A stretch of 64,000 nt of DNA from Myxococcota bacterium (GCA_965223415.1 OZ245002.1:3840001-3904000), one strand, 5' to 3'; shown: positions 9,296-21,519, numbered from the stretch's first letter. Notes: generated from the letters alone by a model not told the origin. Program-made: numbers and translations.

Positions 9296-9997
9296 ATGCC
9301 GGGCGAGGCGCATCCGTTCGGGTTCCTCGTCCATCCGGGGGGCGGCCCCCATCCCGGCGTCGTGCTGATTCCCGACGTCTGGGGCCTCTCGGACCTGTAC
9401 GAGCGACTGGCCACGCGGCTCTCGGAGGAGGGCTTCGCCGTGCTCGTGGTCGATCCCTACCGCAAGACCGGTCGCGGCGAGTTCTCGGACCCGGCCGGCG
9501 CCATGGCCTTCATCCGGGAGCTCTCGGACCCGCTCGTGATCGAGACCGTCCAGGAGGCGGTCGACGACCTGGCGGGCCAGCCGGCGGTGGCGGGTCGCAA
9601 GGTGGGCGTGATCGGCTTCTGCATGGGAGGCATGTACGCGCTGCACGCCGCCTGCAGCTGCAGCGGGGTCTCCGCCGCCGCTCCCTTCTACGGGATGGTC
9701 CGCAACGAGCCCGGCCTCGACCCCGAGAAGAAGCCCCGTTCGCCCATCGACGCCCTGGGCGAGCTCCGCTGTCCGGTGCTCGGTCTGTACGGCGAGGAGG
9801 ATGCGATCATCCCCGTCCGGGACGTCCGCGACCTGGAGGCCGCCCTGGCCGCGGGTCCCCACGACGGTGCGGTCCACCTCTACGCCGGTGCCGGCCACGC
9901 CTTCCTGAACGACACGCGGGAGGACGCCTACCGGCCGGAGCAGGCGGCCGACGCCTGGGCGAAGCTCGTGCCGTTCCTTCGAGAGAAGCTCGGCTAG
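9296..9997 (+). CDS. Dienelactone hydrolase family protein
   Basis: GVIGFCMGG nucleophile motif, YGEEDAII, AGHAF. Confidence 0.9.
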   Translation: MPGEAHPFGFLVHPGGGPHPGVVLIPDVWGLSDLYERLATRLSEEGFAVLVVDPYRKTGRGEFSDPAGAMAFIRELSDPLVIETVQEAVDDLAGQPAVAGRKVGVIGFCMGGMYALHAACSCSGVSAAAPFYGMVRNEPGLDPEKKPRSPIDALGELRCPVLGLYGEEDAIIPVRDVRDLEAALAAGPHDGAVHLYAGAGHAFLNDTREDAYRPEQAADAWAKLVPFLREKLG

Positions 9998-10183
9998 AGG
10001 CCCGGCTCCCCCCTGATCCCTGCCCCGTCGATCCGGATTGGATTGCGGGACTCCATTCCTGGCGATTCCCTCGAGGCGCCCCCGCGACGCGGGGCCGGCC
10101 GTCCCGGGGATCCCCGTGGCACCGGGGATGGGGGCGGCCGCAGGGCCGGCGGTTGCCCCCATTCGTCCGCCCCGGTGTCGGCC

Positions 10184-10918
10184 CTAGGGCGCGGAGGCGC
10201 TCCGGGCCCGGGCCACGCACAACGCCAGGGTTCGCGTGCGCGTCGCGAAGCGCGTGATCCGCGTGTCGACCCGGACCTCCCGGCCCTCGCCGTCGCGCAG
10301 GCGCCCGGAGAAGTGGCGGGCTCCGTCGCCCTCGGCGATCGCGTCGAGCTCGGTCCACCATCCGGCCCGGTCCGGCTCGGGGACGAAGCCCATCGCGTCG
10401 GCGCCGACGAGCGCATCGCGGGTGGTGGCGAGGAGCGCACCGGCGGCCGGGTTCGCATCGGCGATGCGGCCGGATTCCGGGTCGATGGCGAGGAAGGCAT
10501 CGCCGATGCGATCGATGGCCGCCGAGACGGCCCGGCGACGGGACGGCCGAGGAGCGCCCGAGGCCCGGACCGCCGGCGCGGTCGCCCGCACCGCCTCGCG
10601 GAACCGCGCGACCAGGGGCTCCAGCCGCGCGCTCACCCGCGGAGCCTCCGGCCCCGCGACGGCGCACGCGCCCGCCAGCCACGCGTCCAGGATCGGCCCC
10701 ATGCGCCGCGCGCGAAGGCGCAGCCCCTCGAGGGAGGGCGCGGCGTCGTCGCCCTGGGCCAACGCCATCACGGCGAAGGAGCGCAGCCGGCGCAGGGCCT
10801 CCGCCTCGGTGCTCCCGGCCGCCGGCAGGCCCCGGTCGCGGAGCTCCGCTGCCATCGCCCCTTCGATGGCGCGCCGCTGGCCCAGGAGCCAGGACGCGAG
10901 CTGACGATCGCCCCCCAC
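10184..10918 (-). CDS. PAS domain-containing protein (start uncertain)
   Basis: C-terminal AIDRIGDAFLAID...IADANPAAGALL...RLRDGEGREVRV PAS pattern. Confidence 0.65.
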   Translation of the reverse strand: MGGDRQLASWLLGQRRAIEGAMAAELRDRGLPAAGSTEAEALRRLRSFAVMALAQGDDAAPSLEGLRLRARRMGPILDAWLAGACAVAGPEAPRVSARLEPLVARFREAVRATAPAVRASGAPRPSRRRAVSAAIDRIGDAFLAIDPESGRIADANPAAGALLATTRDALVGADAMGFVPEPDRAGWWTELDAIAEGDGARHFSGRLRDGEGREVRVDTRITRFATRTRTLALCVARARSASAP

Positions 10919-10972
10919 CGCTGGAGCGTAGCCGTGCTCAACCGGCGCCGCGCCCGTGCCGATACGCATTCC

Positions 10973-11641
10973 ATGGCCGCACCGACCTCCCGCGAGGATC
11001 TCCCGCCGCCGCGCCACCTCATCCTGGTGTTCGCGCGGGAGGAGGCCTTCGTGCCCATGACCCGCACGATCCTCTCCCGGCTCGGCTACGCGCTCCTCGA
11101 TCCGGAGATGTGGACGGAGTCGAGCTACTGGGCCGAGCGCGAGCCCCAGCTCCTCGTGGTGGACGAGCCCCGCATGGACGAGGTGCGGGCCCTCCGCGCC
11201 CATCGCGGGACGCCCATCCTCCTTCTCTCCGGCCGTCGCGGGGCGCCTCCGGAAGCGCCTCGGCTGCTCGGCGCCGTCCACAAGCCCGCAGGTCTCCACG
11301 AGCTCTACCGCCTGCTCCAGCAGGCCCTCGAGGAGACGCCGCGAACGGCGCCGCGGGTGGCGATCGACCTGCCAGCCCAGGTGCGCCGCGACGGCCAGGA
11401 GTGGGCCGGCGAGGTTCTCTCGCTCTCGGAGAGCGGCTGTCTGCTGCGCACCAGCCAGCCCCTGCCTCTGGGCAGTGCCATCGAGCTCTCCTTCGAGCTG
11501 CCGGGCGGCGACCGCATCGACACCCGGGCCGCCTCGACCTATCAGCTCCTGCCAGACACGGGCCTCGTCTTCGAGGCCACGCCCCCTGCCGGGCGCCGGG
11601 CCATCGCCCAGTTCGTCGAGCGCAGGCTCATCGCCGCCTGA
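10973..11641 (+). CDS. PilZ domain protein with a receiver-like N-terminus
   Basis: PRTAPRV...LSLSESGC (RxxxR and DxSxxG-like motifs); N-terminal LLVVD...PILLLSG...VHKP. Confidence 0.75.
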   Translation: MAAPTSREDLPPPRHLILVFAREEAFVPMTRTILSRLGYALLDPEMWTESSYWAEREPQLLVVDEPRMDEVRALRAHRGTPILLLSGRRGAPPEAPRLLGAVHKPAGLHELYRLLQQALEETPRTAPRVAIDLPAQVRRDGQEWAGEVLSLSESGCLLRTSQPLPLGSAIELSFELPGGDRIDTRAASTYQLLPDTGLVFEATPPAGRRAIAQFVERRLIAA

Positions 11642-11648
11642 GGCCCGG

Positions 11649-12437
11649 CTACCTCCCGGGTCCGCTCCCCACTCCCTTGAAGAGCGGCATGTTCGATTCG
11701 GTCGCCACGTAGACCACGTTCGGGTTCTCGTTCAGCGTCTGGATCCACAGATAGTGAAGGTAGGAGTTGCTGAGCGTCGAGTTGATGATCTTCTGGGCCT
11801 CGGCCGCGCCTTTGGCCCGGGCGACCTCGATCTCGGCCTCCTTCTTCGCCTGCTCCAGCTCGAACTGCTTCTGCTGCACCCGCTGCTCGGCGGTCAGCTT
11901 GGCCTCGATGCTCTCCCGGAAGCGTTGGGGCAGCTGGATGTCGCGGAGCAGCACGTCGACCACGGTCACGCCGCGGGGCTCGAGGCTCTCCTTGAGACGC
12001 GCCTGGATGCGCGTCGCGATCTGCTGGCGCCCCTCTTCCGAGTAGATGTTGCGCACCGGGTACGCGGAGACCACGTCGCGCAGGGCGCTCCGGAAGTAGG
12101 GCACGACCAGCTTGTCGATGTAGTCCCAGCCGACCGTCTTGCGGATCTGGGGCGCCGTGTCGGGCCGCACCTGGAAGAGCAGGGAGGTCTCGAGCTTGAC
12201 GATCATCCCCTCGGACGAGGGAACGGTGGTCGCCTCCTTGCGCTCCTGGAGCTTGACGTTCCAGGTCTCGATCTGGCGCGCGACCGGGATCACGAAGGTG
12301 ACGCCCTGGGAGACCGGATCGTCGGCGATCGCGCCGAAGCTCTTCTGGACTCCGACCTCGCCGTCCTCGATGACGACGCAGGCCGGGAGCACGAGCAGCA
12401 AGAGAAGCAGGGCTGTGGTCTGGACGGTGCGATGCAT
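11649..12437 (-). CDS. SPFH/prohibitin family lipoprotein
   Basis: LPAC lipobox; DVLLRDIQLP, IEAKLTAEQ, AKGAAEAQ. Confidence 0.9.
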   Translation of the reverse strand: MHRTVQTTALLLLLLVLPACVVIEDGEVGVQKSFGAIADDPVSQGVTFVIPVARQIETWNVKLQERKEATTVPSSEGMIVKLETSLLFQVRPDTAPQIRKTVGWDYIDKLVVPYFRSALRDVVSAYPVRNIYSEEGRQQIATRIQARLKESLEPRGVTVVDVLLRDIQLPQRFRESIEAKLTAEQRVQQKQFELEQAKKEAEIEVARAKGAAEAQKIINSTLSNSYLHYLWIQTLNENPNVVYVATESNMPLFKGVGSGPGR

Positions 12438-12508
12438 GGCGGTTCTCCTCAGGTGGGTGGACGGAGCCGCCCGAGGATACACTCGGCCGACCACGGCGAG
12501 GAGCCCCG

Positions 12509-13699
12509 ATGAGCGACGCATGGCGCGAGTTCGATCTCTTCCATCCGACCCCGGAGCATCGGCTCCTGGCGGATACCCTGCGTGAGTTCGTGGCTCGCGA
12601 GGTCGAGCCCCAGGCCGCCGAGCACGACCGCCGCGAGGCCTTCAACCTGGCGCTCTTCCGCCAGGCGGGCGAGCTGGGGCTGCTGGGCATCACCCTGCCC
12701 GAGGAGCTGGGCGGAGCCGGCATGGACGCGACGGCGGCGGTGCAGGTGATGGAGGCGCTCTGCACCTCCGATCCCGGCTTCGGGCTGGCCGTGCTCGCCC
12801 ACGCGATCCTGTTCGCCCAGAACGTCAACGTGAACGGCAACGAGCTGCAGCGCAAGCACGTGCTGCCGAAGGCCGCCAGCGGCGAGTGGGTGGGCGGCCT
12901 GTGCATGACCGAGCCGCAGGTCGGCACCGACGTGCTCTCGCTGCGCACGAAGGCCGTCCGGGACGGCGACGAGTACGTGCTGGACGGGGTGAAGACCTTC
13001 ATCACCAACGGCGGCATCGACGACCAGACCCTCGGCGACTGCTTCGTCGTCTACGCGGCCACCGCACCCGGCGAGATCTCGAGCTTCCTGGTCGAGAAGG
13101 GCGACCCGGGCTTCCGGCTCGGCCAGAAGTGGATCGACAAGCTCGGCATGCGGGCGTCGTTCACGGCGGAGCTGGTCTTCCAGCAGGTGCGGATTCCCCT
13201 CGCGCGCCGCATGGGAGAGGAGGGCCAGGGCACGCTCCAGATGATGCGCAACCTGGAGGTCGAGCGGCTCGCCCTTGCCGCCATGGCCCTGGGCATCGCC
13301 CAGCGCTCCCTGCAGGTGATGGTCGGCTACGCGAACGATCGCAGGGCCTTCGGCGTGCCGATCCGGGAGCACGGGCAGATCCAGCGCTACCTGGCGGAGC
13401 ACTTCGCCGCCTGGCGCTCGGCCCGCGCCTTCGTCTACGACACTGCCCGCCAGATCGACCTGGCGTCCACGGGCCAGCGCGTGCTGGCGGACGCGGCGAA
13501 GCTCGTCGCGAGCCAGATGGCCAAGGCCGCCGCCGACGCCGCCATCCAGGTGCTCGGCGGCTACGGCTACATGGGCGAGTACACCGTCGAGCGGCTGTGG
13601 CGGGACGCGAAGCTCCTCGAGATCGGCGGCGGCACGCTGGAGGCGCACCACAAGAACCTCGCGAAGGACCTGTGCCGGAACCCGGCGCTGCTGGACTGA
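12509..13699 (+). CDS. Acyl-CoA dehydrogenase (isovaleryl-CoA dehydrogenase-like)
   Basis: CMTEPQVGTD, KTFITNG, KLGMRAS, QVLGGYGY, RDAKLLEIGGGT. Confidence 0.92.
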   Translation: MSDAWREFDLFHPTPEHRLLADTLREFVAREVEPQAAEHDRREAFNLALFRQAGELGLLGITLPEELGGAGMDATAAVQVMEALCTSDPGFGLAVLAHAILFAQNVNVNGNELQRKHVLPKAASGEWVGGLCMTEPQVGTDVLSLRTKAVRDGDEYVLDGVKTFITNGGIDDQTLGDCFVVYAATAPGEISSFLVEKGDPGFRLGQKWIDKLGMRASFTAELVFQQVRIPLARRMGEEGQGTLQMMRNLEVERLALAAMALGIAQRSLQVMVGYANDRRAFGVPIREHGQIQRYLAEHFAAWRSARAFVYDTARQIDLASTGQRVLADAAKLVASQMAKAAADAAIQVLGGYGYMGEYTVERLWRDAKLLEIGGGTLEAHHKNLAKDLCRNPALLD

Positions 13700-13709
13700 G
13701 AGGGAGAGC

Positions 13710-14618
13710 ATGCCGACCGGCCTTCGCACCGAGACGCAGGGTGGCGTCGCGCACATCGTGCTCGCCCGCCCCGAGGCCTACAACACGATCACGCCGGCCC
13801 TGCGTGACGAGCTGGCCGCCGCGATCGACGCCGCCGACGCCGACCGGGACGCGCGGGTGATCCTGCTCCGGGCCGAGGGGCCGGCCTTCTGTGCCGGCTA
13901 CGGCCTCGACTGGTCCACGGACGCCCAGGCCGGGGAACGCCGGGAGGGGGAGGCCGCGGCGACCGAGCCGGGGCCCGCGCCCTGGCGCCCGGGCGGCGAG
14001 CGGAGCACAGCGAAGGTGTGGGACAGCGTCGCCGACTACCGGATGATGTCGGGCTTCGCCCTGACCTACATGAAGCTCTGGTACGCGAGCAAGCCGACCC
14101 TCGCCGCCGTGCAGGGCTGGTGCATCGGCGGCGGCACGGACATGGTGCTGTGCGCGGACCTGATCGTCGCCGGCGAGGGCGCGCGCTTCGGCTATCCGCC
14201 GAGCCGGGTGTGGGGCACGCCGACGACCGCGATGTGGGTCTACCGCATGGGTCTCGAGCAGGCGAAGCGCTACTTGCTCACCGGGGACGAGATCTCCGCC
14301 GCGGAGGCGGCGCGAATGGGGATGATCCTCGAGGTGGTGCCCGACGACGCGCTGCTGGGCCACGCCACCGCACTGGCGGAACGCATGGCCCAGGTGCCGA
14401 CCAACCAGCTCGTGATGCTGAAGCTGCTCTGCAACCAGACCGCCGAGAACATGGGCCTGGCATCGAGTCGCACCCTCGGCACCCTCTTCGACGGCATTGC
14501 CCGCCACACCCAGGAGGGCCTCGACTTCGTCGCCCGGGCCGGCGAGGTGGGCTTCCGGGAGGCGGTGCGGGAGCGCGACGGCGCGCCGTTCGGCGACTAC
14601 GGCAGCCGCAAGCGCTAG
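13710..14618 (+). CDS. Enoyl-CoA hydratase/crotonase family protein
   Basis: AFCAGYGL, VQGWCIGGG; its TAG stop lies in the CTAG target of the adjacent IS. Confidence 0.9.
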   Translation: MPTGLRTETQGGVAHIVLARPEAYNTITPALRDELAAAIDAADADRDARVILLRAEGPAFCAGYGLDWSTDAQAGERREGEAAATEPGPAPWRPGGERSTAKVWDSVADYRMMSGFALTYMKLWYASKPTLAAVQGWCIGGGTDMVLCADLIVAGEGARFGYPPSRVWGTPTTAMWVYRMGLEQAKRYLLTGDEISAAEAARMGMILEVVPDDALLGHATALAERMAQVPTNQLVMLKLLCNQTAENMGLASSRTLGTLFDGIARHTQEGLDFVARAGEVGFREAVRERDGAPFGDYGSRKR

Positions 14619-15888
14619 CAGGCTGCTGAAAAACCCTGCGTTTCCGTGTTCTCGATGGTAGAAGATGGGTCGGGGGGAGAGAGGATGCGCGGCAGCGACC
14701 GAGAGCAGGGTTCGATGTTCAGCTACGTCTCGCTGGAGACGCGGATTCCGGAGGATCATCCGCTTCGCCCCATGCGGGCGATGGTGGACGAGGCGCTGAG
14801 GGGCCTGTCTCGGCGGTTCTCGGAGCTCTACGCGTCGACGGGCCGGCCGTCGATCCCACCGGAGCGGCTGCTGCGGGCTCTGTTGCTGCAGGTGCTCTAC
14901 TCGATCCGGAGTGAGCGCCAGCTGATGGAGCAGCTCGAGTACAACCTGCTGTTCCGTTGGTTCGTAGGGCTGGGGATGGAGGATGCGGTCTGGGTCCCGA
15001 CGGTCTTCACGAAGAACCGGGACCGGCTGCTGGAAGGGGACGTGGCGGAGGCGTTCTTTGAGGCGGTGCTGGCGCAGGGAAAGGACCACGGCCTTCTGTC
15101 GTCGGAGCACTTCACGGTGGATGGCACGCTGATCGAGGCGTGGGCGAGCCAGAAGAGCTTCCGGGCGAAGGACGGCTCGGGGGACGACGGAGACGACGAT
15201 CCGGGCAACCCGACGGTGAACTTTCGGGGAGAGCGGCGGAGCAACGCGACGCACGAATCGACGACGGATCCCGAGGCGCGGCTGGCGCGCAAGAAGGGCC
15301 AGACCTCGCAGCTGGCCTACATGGGCCATCTGCTGACGGAGAACCGCAACGGCCTGATCGTCTCGGCGCTGCTGACGGAGGCCGATGGCTACGCCGAGCG
15401 GCTGGCAGCGCTGGAGATGGCGGAGGACGTGGCGGGAAGGCGCCGGATCACGCTGGGCGGGGACAAGGGCTACGACACCGAGGAGTTCGTGGCGGGCTGC
15501 CGGAAGCGCAACATCACGCCGCACGTGGCGCAGCACACGACGAATCGGGCCAGCCGGATCGACGGTCGCACGGTCCGTCACGAGGGCTACGCGATCAGCC
15601 AGCACAAACGCAAGCGGATCGAGGAGTGCTTCGGTTGGATGAAGACGGTCGGGGGAATGCGAAAGACGCGTCACCGGGGCACGGATCGGGTCGGGTGGAT
15701 GTTCGTCTTCACGGCGGCGGTCTACAACCTGGTCCGCATACGCAACCTCGTAGAGGTCACATGACGCACCTGCATCGAGACGAGGTACCCCGGATCGCTT
15801 CCGGGATCGAAGAGCGAGCCGAGCGGGCCGCGGGGACCCGCGCCCTCTGGCGTTCTGGCGCCTCTCAGCGCCGAATTTCAGCAGCCTG
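14619..15888 (+). mobile_element. IS5-family insertion sequence, copy 1 (1270 bp)
   Basis: 13-bp terminal IRs caggctgctgaaa/tttcagcagcctg; CTAG duplication at 14615-14618 and 15889-15892. Confidence 0.95.
14685..15764 (+). CDS. IS5-family DDE transposase
   Basis: GRPSIPPERLLRA, FTVDGT, GGDKGYD, RKRIEECFGW; RBS-like ggagagagg before the ATG at 14685. Confidence 0.95.
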   Translation: MRGSDREQGSMFSYVSLETRIPEDHPLRPMRAMVDEALRGLSRRFSELYASTGRPSIPPERLLRALLLQVLYSIRSERQLMEQLEYNLLFRWFVGLGMEDAVWVPTVFTKNRDRLLEGDVAEAFFEAVLAQGKDHGLLSSEHFTVDGTLIEAWASQKSFRAKDGSGDDGDDDPGNPTVNFRGERRSNATHESTTDPEARLARKKGQTSQLAYMGHLLTENRNGLIVSALLTEADGYAERLAALEMAEDVAGRRRITLGGDKGYDTEEFVAGCRKRNITPHVAQHTTNRASRIDGRTVRHEGYAISQHKRKRIEECFGWMKTVGGMRKTRHRGTDRVGWMFVFTAAVYNLVRIRNLVEVT

Positions 15889-15912
15889 CTAGGCGGGGGC
15901 GGGCCCCCTCTC

Positions 15913-16662
15913 TCACAGGACCTCGCCCTTCAGGAACGCCCGGGCTTCCTCGCTCTCGGGCCCCGCGAAGAAGCGGGCCGCCGGGGCGCGCTCGAGCAGC
16001 CGTCCCTCGTACAGGAACAGGATCTCGTCGGCCATGCGCTCGGCCTGGGCGAGATCGTGGGTGGTCATGACGATCTTCGTGCCGCCGGCGCGAACCGCGC
16101 GGATGGCCTCTTCGAGGGCGCGGGTCGCGCCCGGGTCGAGGGCGGCGGCGGGCTCGTCGAGGAACAGGACGGCCGGGTCCGTCGCCCAGGCCCGGGCCAG
16201 GGCGAGGCGCTGCTGTTCGCCGACCGAGAGCCGGCGGGCCGGGCGATCGGCGAAGGTGAGCAGCCGCGTGTCGCCCAGGACCGTCTCGATGCGCCGTGCG
16301 CGCTCCTCGGTCGAGACGCCGCGCAGGCGCAGGGCGTAGTCGACGTTCGCGGCGACCGAGCGCCGCAGCAGGACCGGGCGCTGGAAGACGAGGGCCCGTG
16401 CATCGCCGGCGCGGGCACCGTCCTCGCCCGCCCAGACGACGCGGCCCTCGCTGGGTCGGAGCAGCCCGTTGCAGACGCGCAGGGCGAGCGTCTTGCCCGC
16501 GCCGTTCGGGCCGAGGATGACGCTACAGGGGCCCGCCTCGAGGGTGAAGGAGAGCCCGTCGAGCAGCCGCAGGCCCCGGTGCTCCCACACGACGCCCTCC
16601 AGGCGAAGCGGAAGGATGCGCGGGCGGCTCGCGCCCGGCCGATCTTCGCTAGGCGGCGGCAC
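15913..16662 (-). CDS. tupC: Tungstate-type ABC transporter ATP-binding protein
   Basis: GPNGAGKT, LSVGEQQRL, LFLDEP; FQRPVLLRRSV; adjacent to a TupB-like permease. Confidence 0.8.
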   Translation of the reverse strand: MPPPSEDRPGASRPRILPLRLEGVVWEHRGLRLLDGLSFTLEAGPCSVILGPNGAGKTLALRVCNGLLRPSEGRVVWAGEDGARAGDARALVFQRPVLLRRSVAANVDYALRLRGVSTEERARRIETVLGDTRLLTFADRPARRLSVGEQQRLALARAWATDPAVLFLDEPAAALDPGATRALEEAIRAVRAGGTKIVMTTHDLAQAERMADEILFLYEGRLLERAPAARFFAGPESEEARAFLKGEVL

Positions 16663-17349
16663 GTCGCGCGGCCTCCTGCATCCACTGGGCGCATCCGTTG
16701 AACGCGATCGCGATCGCGAGCAGCACGAAGCCCAGAGCCAGGGCCAGGGGGAAGTCGCCGCGGCTCGTCTCGAGCACGATGGCCGTGGTCATCACCCGCG
16801 TCCAGTGGGCGATGTTGCCTCCGACGATGATCACGGCGCCCACCTCGGAGATCGCCCTCCCGAAGCCCGCCAGGAGCGTCGTCGCCAGGGAGAAGCGCCC
16901 CTCGTAGAGCAGCGTCGCCACTCGCTGGGCGAAGCCCGCGCCCAGGGAGCGAAGCTGCTCGTCGTACTCCTCGGAGAGATCCTCGATCGCCTGGCGGGTG
17001 AGGGCGGCCACGATGGGCGTCACCAGTAGCGTCTGCGCGATCACCATGGCGGTGGGCGTGTAGAGCAGGCCGAGGGGGCCGAGGGGCCCGGAGCGGGAGA
17101 GCAGCAGATAGGCGAGCAGGCCGATCACCACCGGCGGGAGGCCCATCGACGCGTTCAGCAGGACCACCACGGCCCGCCGTCCCCGGAAGCGGAGCACCCC
17201 GATCGCCGCACCCAGGGGCAGACCCATCAGCGAGGCCAGTAGCAGCGCCGTGCCGCTGACCCGAAGCGAGAGGGCGATGATCTCGACCAGCGCCGGATCC
17301 AGGCTCGTGATCAGGCGCAGCGCGGTCGCGAAGGCCTCCGTGATGTCGC

Positions 17350-17353
<4 letters not shown>
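16649..17353 (-). CDS. tupB: Tungstate-type ABC transporter permease
   Basis: [57 protein letters not shown]. Confidence 0.85.
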
Positions 17354-19386
<2,033 letters not shown>

Positions 19387-19430
19387 GGCGGAGGAGTCTA
19401 GCTCGCCGTGGCCGCTACCCTGGGCCGGCC

Positions 19431-20195
19431 ATGGGTGATCCGGCCATCGAGGCTTGCGTCGGGAGTGCACACGCGTACGTGCGCCGCGAGGGCGACGAGC
19501 TGGACCTGGTCTTCTTCGAGACGCTGCTGCAGGAGCGCCCGGCGGCCGAGCTACTCGGCGCGCTCGCCGAACGTCAGGACGGGCGTGGCGCCATCGGCGG
19601 CGGTCTCGTCTCGACCTTGCGGGCGCTCCGGCGGCTCGAGGCCCTGGGTCTCGCCGATCATCCGGTGCCCGAGCGCGCCTGCGTGTGGCTGTGCAGCTTG
19701 CAGGACGGGGAGGGCGCCTGGGCGCCGGGGGGAGCTGCCGACGACGAGGAACGCATCGCCTGGACCGGCTGCGTAGGCGGCCTCCTCGCCGGAACGCCGT
19801 TCGCCCGTTCCTCGGTGCTGCGCGGGGCCGAGGCCTTCCTCGCCTCGCGCTGGAGCGTCGAGCGCGTGAAGGGGCCGAGCTACGAGCCCATCCTGGCCTA
19901 CACCCATCTGCTCTCGCAGGTGCCCTCGGAGCTGGCGGACGAGGCGCTGCATCGCTGCGGCCTCGAGCTCGACGCGGGCTTCCGCATGGGCGCGTTCTCC
20001 CCCCTCGCGACCGCCCGCGTCTTCCTGCGCGCCCGCGTCCGCGCGCTCCCGGGCTCCCGGATCGCGGGCTCGGAGCTGGTCGCCTCCCTCCTCGCAGCCC
20101 AACAGCCCGACGGAAGCTGGCCGCCCACAGACCCCGACCAGGACCCGGTCGACGCCACCCTCGAAGCCGTCGAAGCCCTCCTCCGGCTGAGTTAA
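19431..20195 (+). CDS. Hypothetical protein with prenyltransferase/squalene-oxidase-like repeats
   Basis: Repeated QDGxG / QQPDGSW motifs. Confidence 0.6.
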   Translation: MGDPAIEACVGSAHAYVRREGDELDLVFFETLLQERPAAELLGALAERQDGRGAIGGGLVSTLRALRRLEALGLADHPVPERACVWLCSLQDGEGAWAPGGAADDEERIAWTGCVGGLLAGTPFARSSVLRGAEAFLASRWSVERVKGPSYEPILAYTHLLSQVPSELADEALHRCGLELDAGFRMGAFSPLATARVFLRARVRALPGSRIAGSELVASLLAAQQPDGSWPPTDPDQDPVDATLEAVEALLRLS

Positions 20196-20270
20196 GAAAC
20201 GGGGCCGGAGTTAAGAATTCAGTTCCCTATAGGGAACTGAATTCTTAACTCCGGCCCCGTTTCTTAACTC
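20189..20270. repeat. Perfect 82-bp palindrome between convergent genes
   Basis: gagttaagaaacggggccggagttaagaattcagttcccta|tagggaactgaattcttaactccggccccgtttcttaactc; contains both TAA stops. Confidence 0.95.
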
Positions 20271-20710
20271 GTCCAGCCGGCGCCGCTCTCCAGGTATTCG
20301 ACGACCTCGATGCCCTGGCCGTCCGGGTCGATCACGAAGAACATCTTCGTGCCGTGAAGGGTGACCGGGGGGCTCATCGTCGGGGCGCCGAGGGCCTTCG
20401 CCTGCTCGTAGGCCGCGTCGGCGTCGTCCACCTCGAGGGAGAGGACGCGCAGGCCCAGGCCCATGGCCGGCGGCGTCTTCGGGTTGAAGGCCATGTCCAT
20501 CAGCTCGACGCGGAAGCCGCCGATGGTGCCGCCCGCGGCGCGGCCGCCTCGCCCGCCGCTGCCGACGAGATCGCCGAGGGCGGCGCCGTCGACCTCGGTC
20601 TCGAACTCCTGGTCCCAGCCGAAGACGTCGCGATAGAAGGCCCTCGAGCGCTCGAGGTCGGTCACCTCGATGGAGACGTGGTCGACGCGGCGGATCGGGA
20701 GCGGCTTCAT
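20264..20710 (-). CDS. VOC/glyoxalase family protein
   Basis: RVDHVSIEVTDLERSRAFY...FFVIDPDGQGIEV. Confidence 0.9.
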   Translation of the reverse strand: MKPLPIRRVDHVSIEVTDLERSRAFYRDVFGWDQEFETEVDGAALGDLVGSGGRGGRAAGGTIGGFRVELMDMAFNPKTPPAMGLGLRVLSLEVDDADAAYEQAKALGAPTMSPPVTLHGTKMFFVIDPDGQGIEVVEYLESGAGWTS

Positions 20711-21519
20711 TCGGGCCACTCCGGCCAGTCCGTCGAGACCCGCGCTTTCCACTCGGGGGTGCGCTTCTGCATGAAGGCCACGGGGCCCTCGATCGCATCC
20801 GGCGCTCCCATCAGCACGTGGTGCAGCGCCGTCTCCTTGCGCTCCACCGCCTCCGGGCCGAGCTCCAGGCTCTCCCACAGCAGGCGCTTGCTGACGGCCA
20901 CGCTGAGCGGCGAGGCGTGGGCGGCGGTGTCGCGGGCCAGGGCGAGGGCGGCCGGCAGCACCTCCTCCGCGGGCAGCACGCGTGAGGCGATGCCCAGGGG
21001 CTCGATCTCCTCCCCGCGGAAGGTCCGGCCGGTGAGCAGGATCTCGGCGGCTCGCGCGATACCGACGAGCCTCGGCAGGGTCCAGTGGGCGTAGGCATCG
21101 GGCATGACGCCCCGGCGCACCTGCACCACGCCGTACTTGCCCTCCCGGGCGAAGAAGCGTACGTCCGCCTGCAGGGCCAGGGTGAGGCCGAGGCCGATGG
21201 CGTGGCCGTTCACCGCGGCGACCACGAGCTTGCGGATGCGGAAGGCCGGGAATGCCACCGCCGCGGCGCTGAAATCGGCGTTGCCGTCCTGGCTCTCGAA
21301 GGTCGCGGCGGCCTCGCTCATGTCCGCCCCGGCGCAGAAGGCCCGGCCCGCACCGCTCAGCACCACGGCGCGGACCTCGTCGTCCTCGTCGCAACGCCGG
21401 TAGGCGTGCTCGAGCTCCTCGCCCATGCGTCCGGTGAAGGTGTTGAGCTGGTCCGGCCGGTCGAGGGTGATCGTCGCTACGCCCTCTTCGACCCGCATCG
21501 CGATGTCCCGATAGTCCAT
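20707..21519 (-). CDS. Enoyl-CoA hydratase/isomerase
   Basis: ITLDRPDQLN, AFCAGADM, AVNGHAIGLG. Confidence 0.9.
   Translation of the reverse strand: MDYRDIAMRVEEGVATITLDRPDQLNTFTGRMGEELEHAYRRCDEDDEVRAVVLSGAGRAFCAGADMSEAAATFESQDGNADFSAAAVAFPAFRIRKLVVAAVNGHAIGLGLTLALQADVRFFAREGKYGVVQVRRGVMPDAYAHWTLPRLVGIARAAEILLTGRTFRGEEIEPLGIASRVLPAEEVLPAALALARDTAAHASPLSVAVSKRLLWESLELGPEAVERKETALHHVLMGAPDAIEGPVAFMQKRTPEWKARVSTDWPEWPE

Noticed and set aside
7175..10162. 995-aa antisense ORF and similar long Arg/Pro/Gly-rich ORFs throughout (e.g. 20707-24009, 43970-46048)
   Set aside because: They overlap well-recognised genes on the other strand or frame and lack motifs
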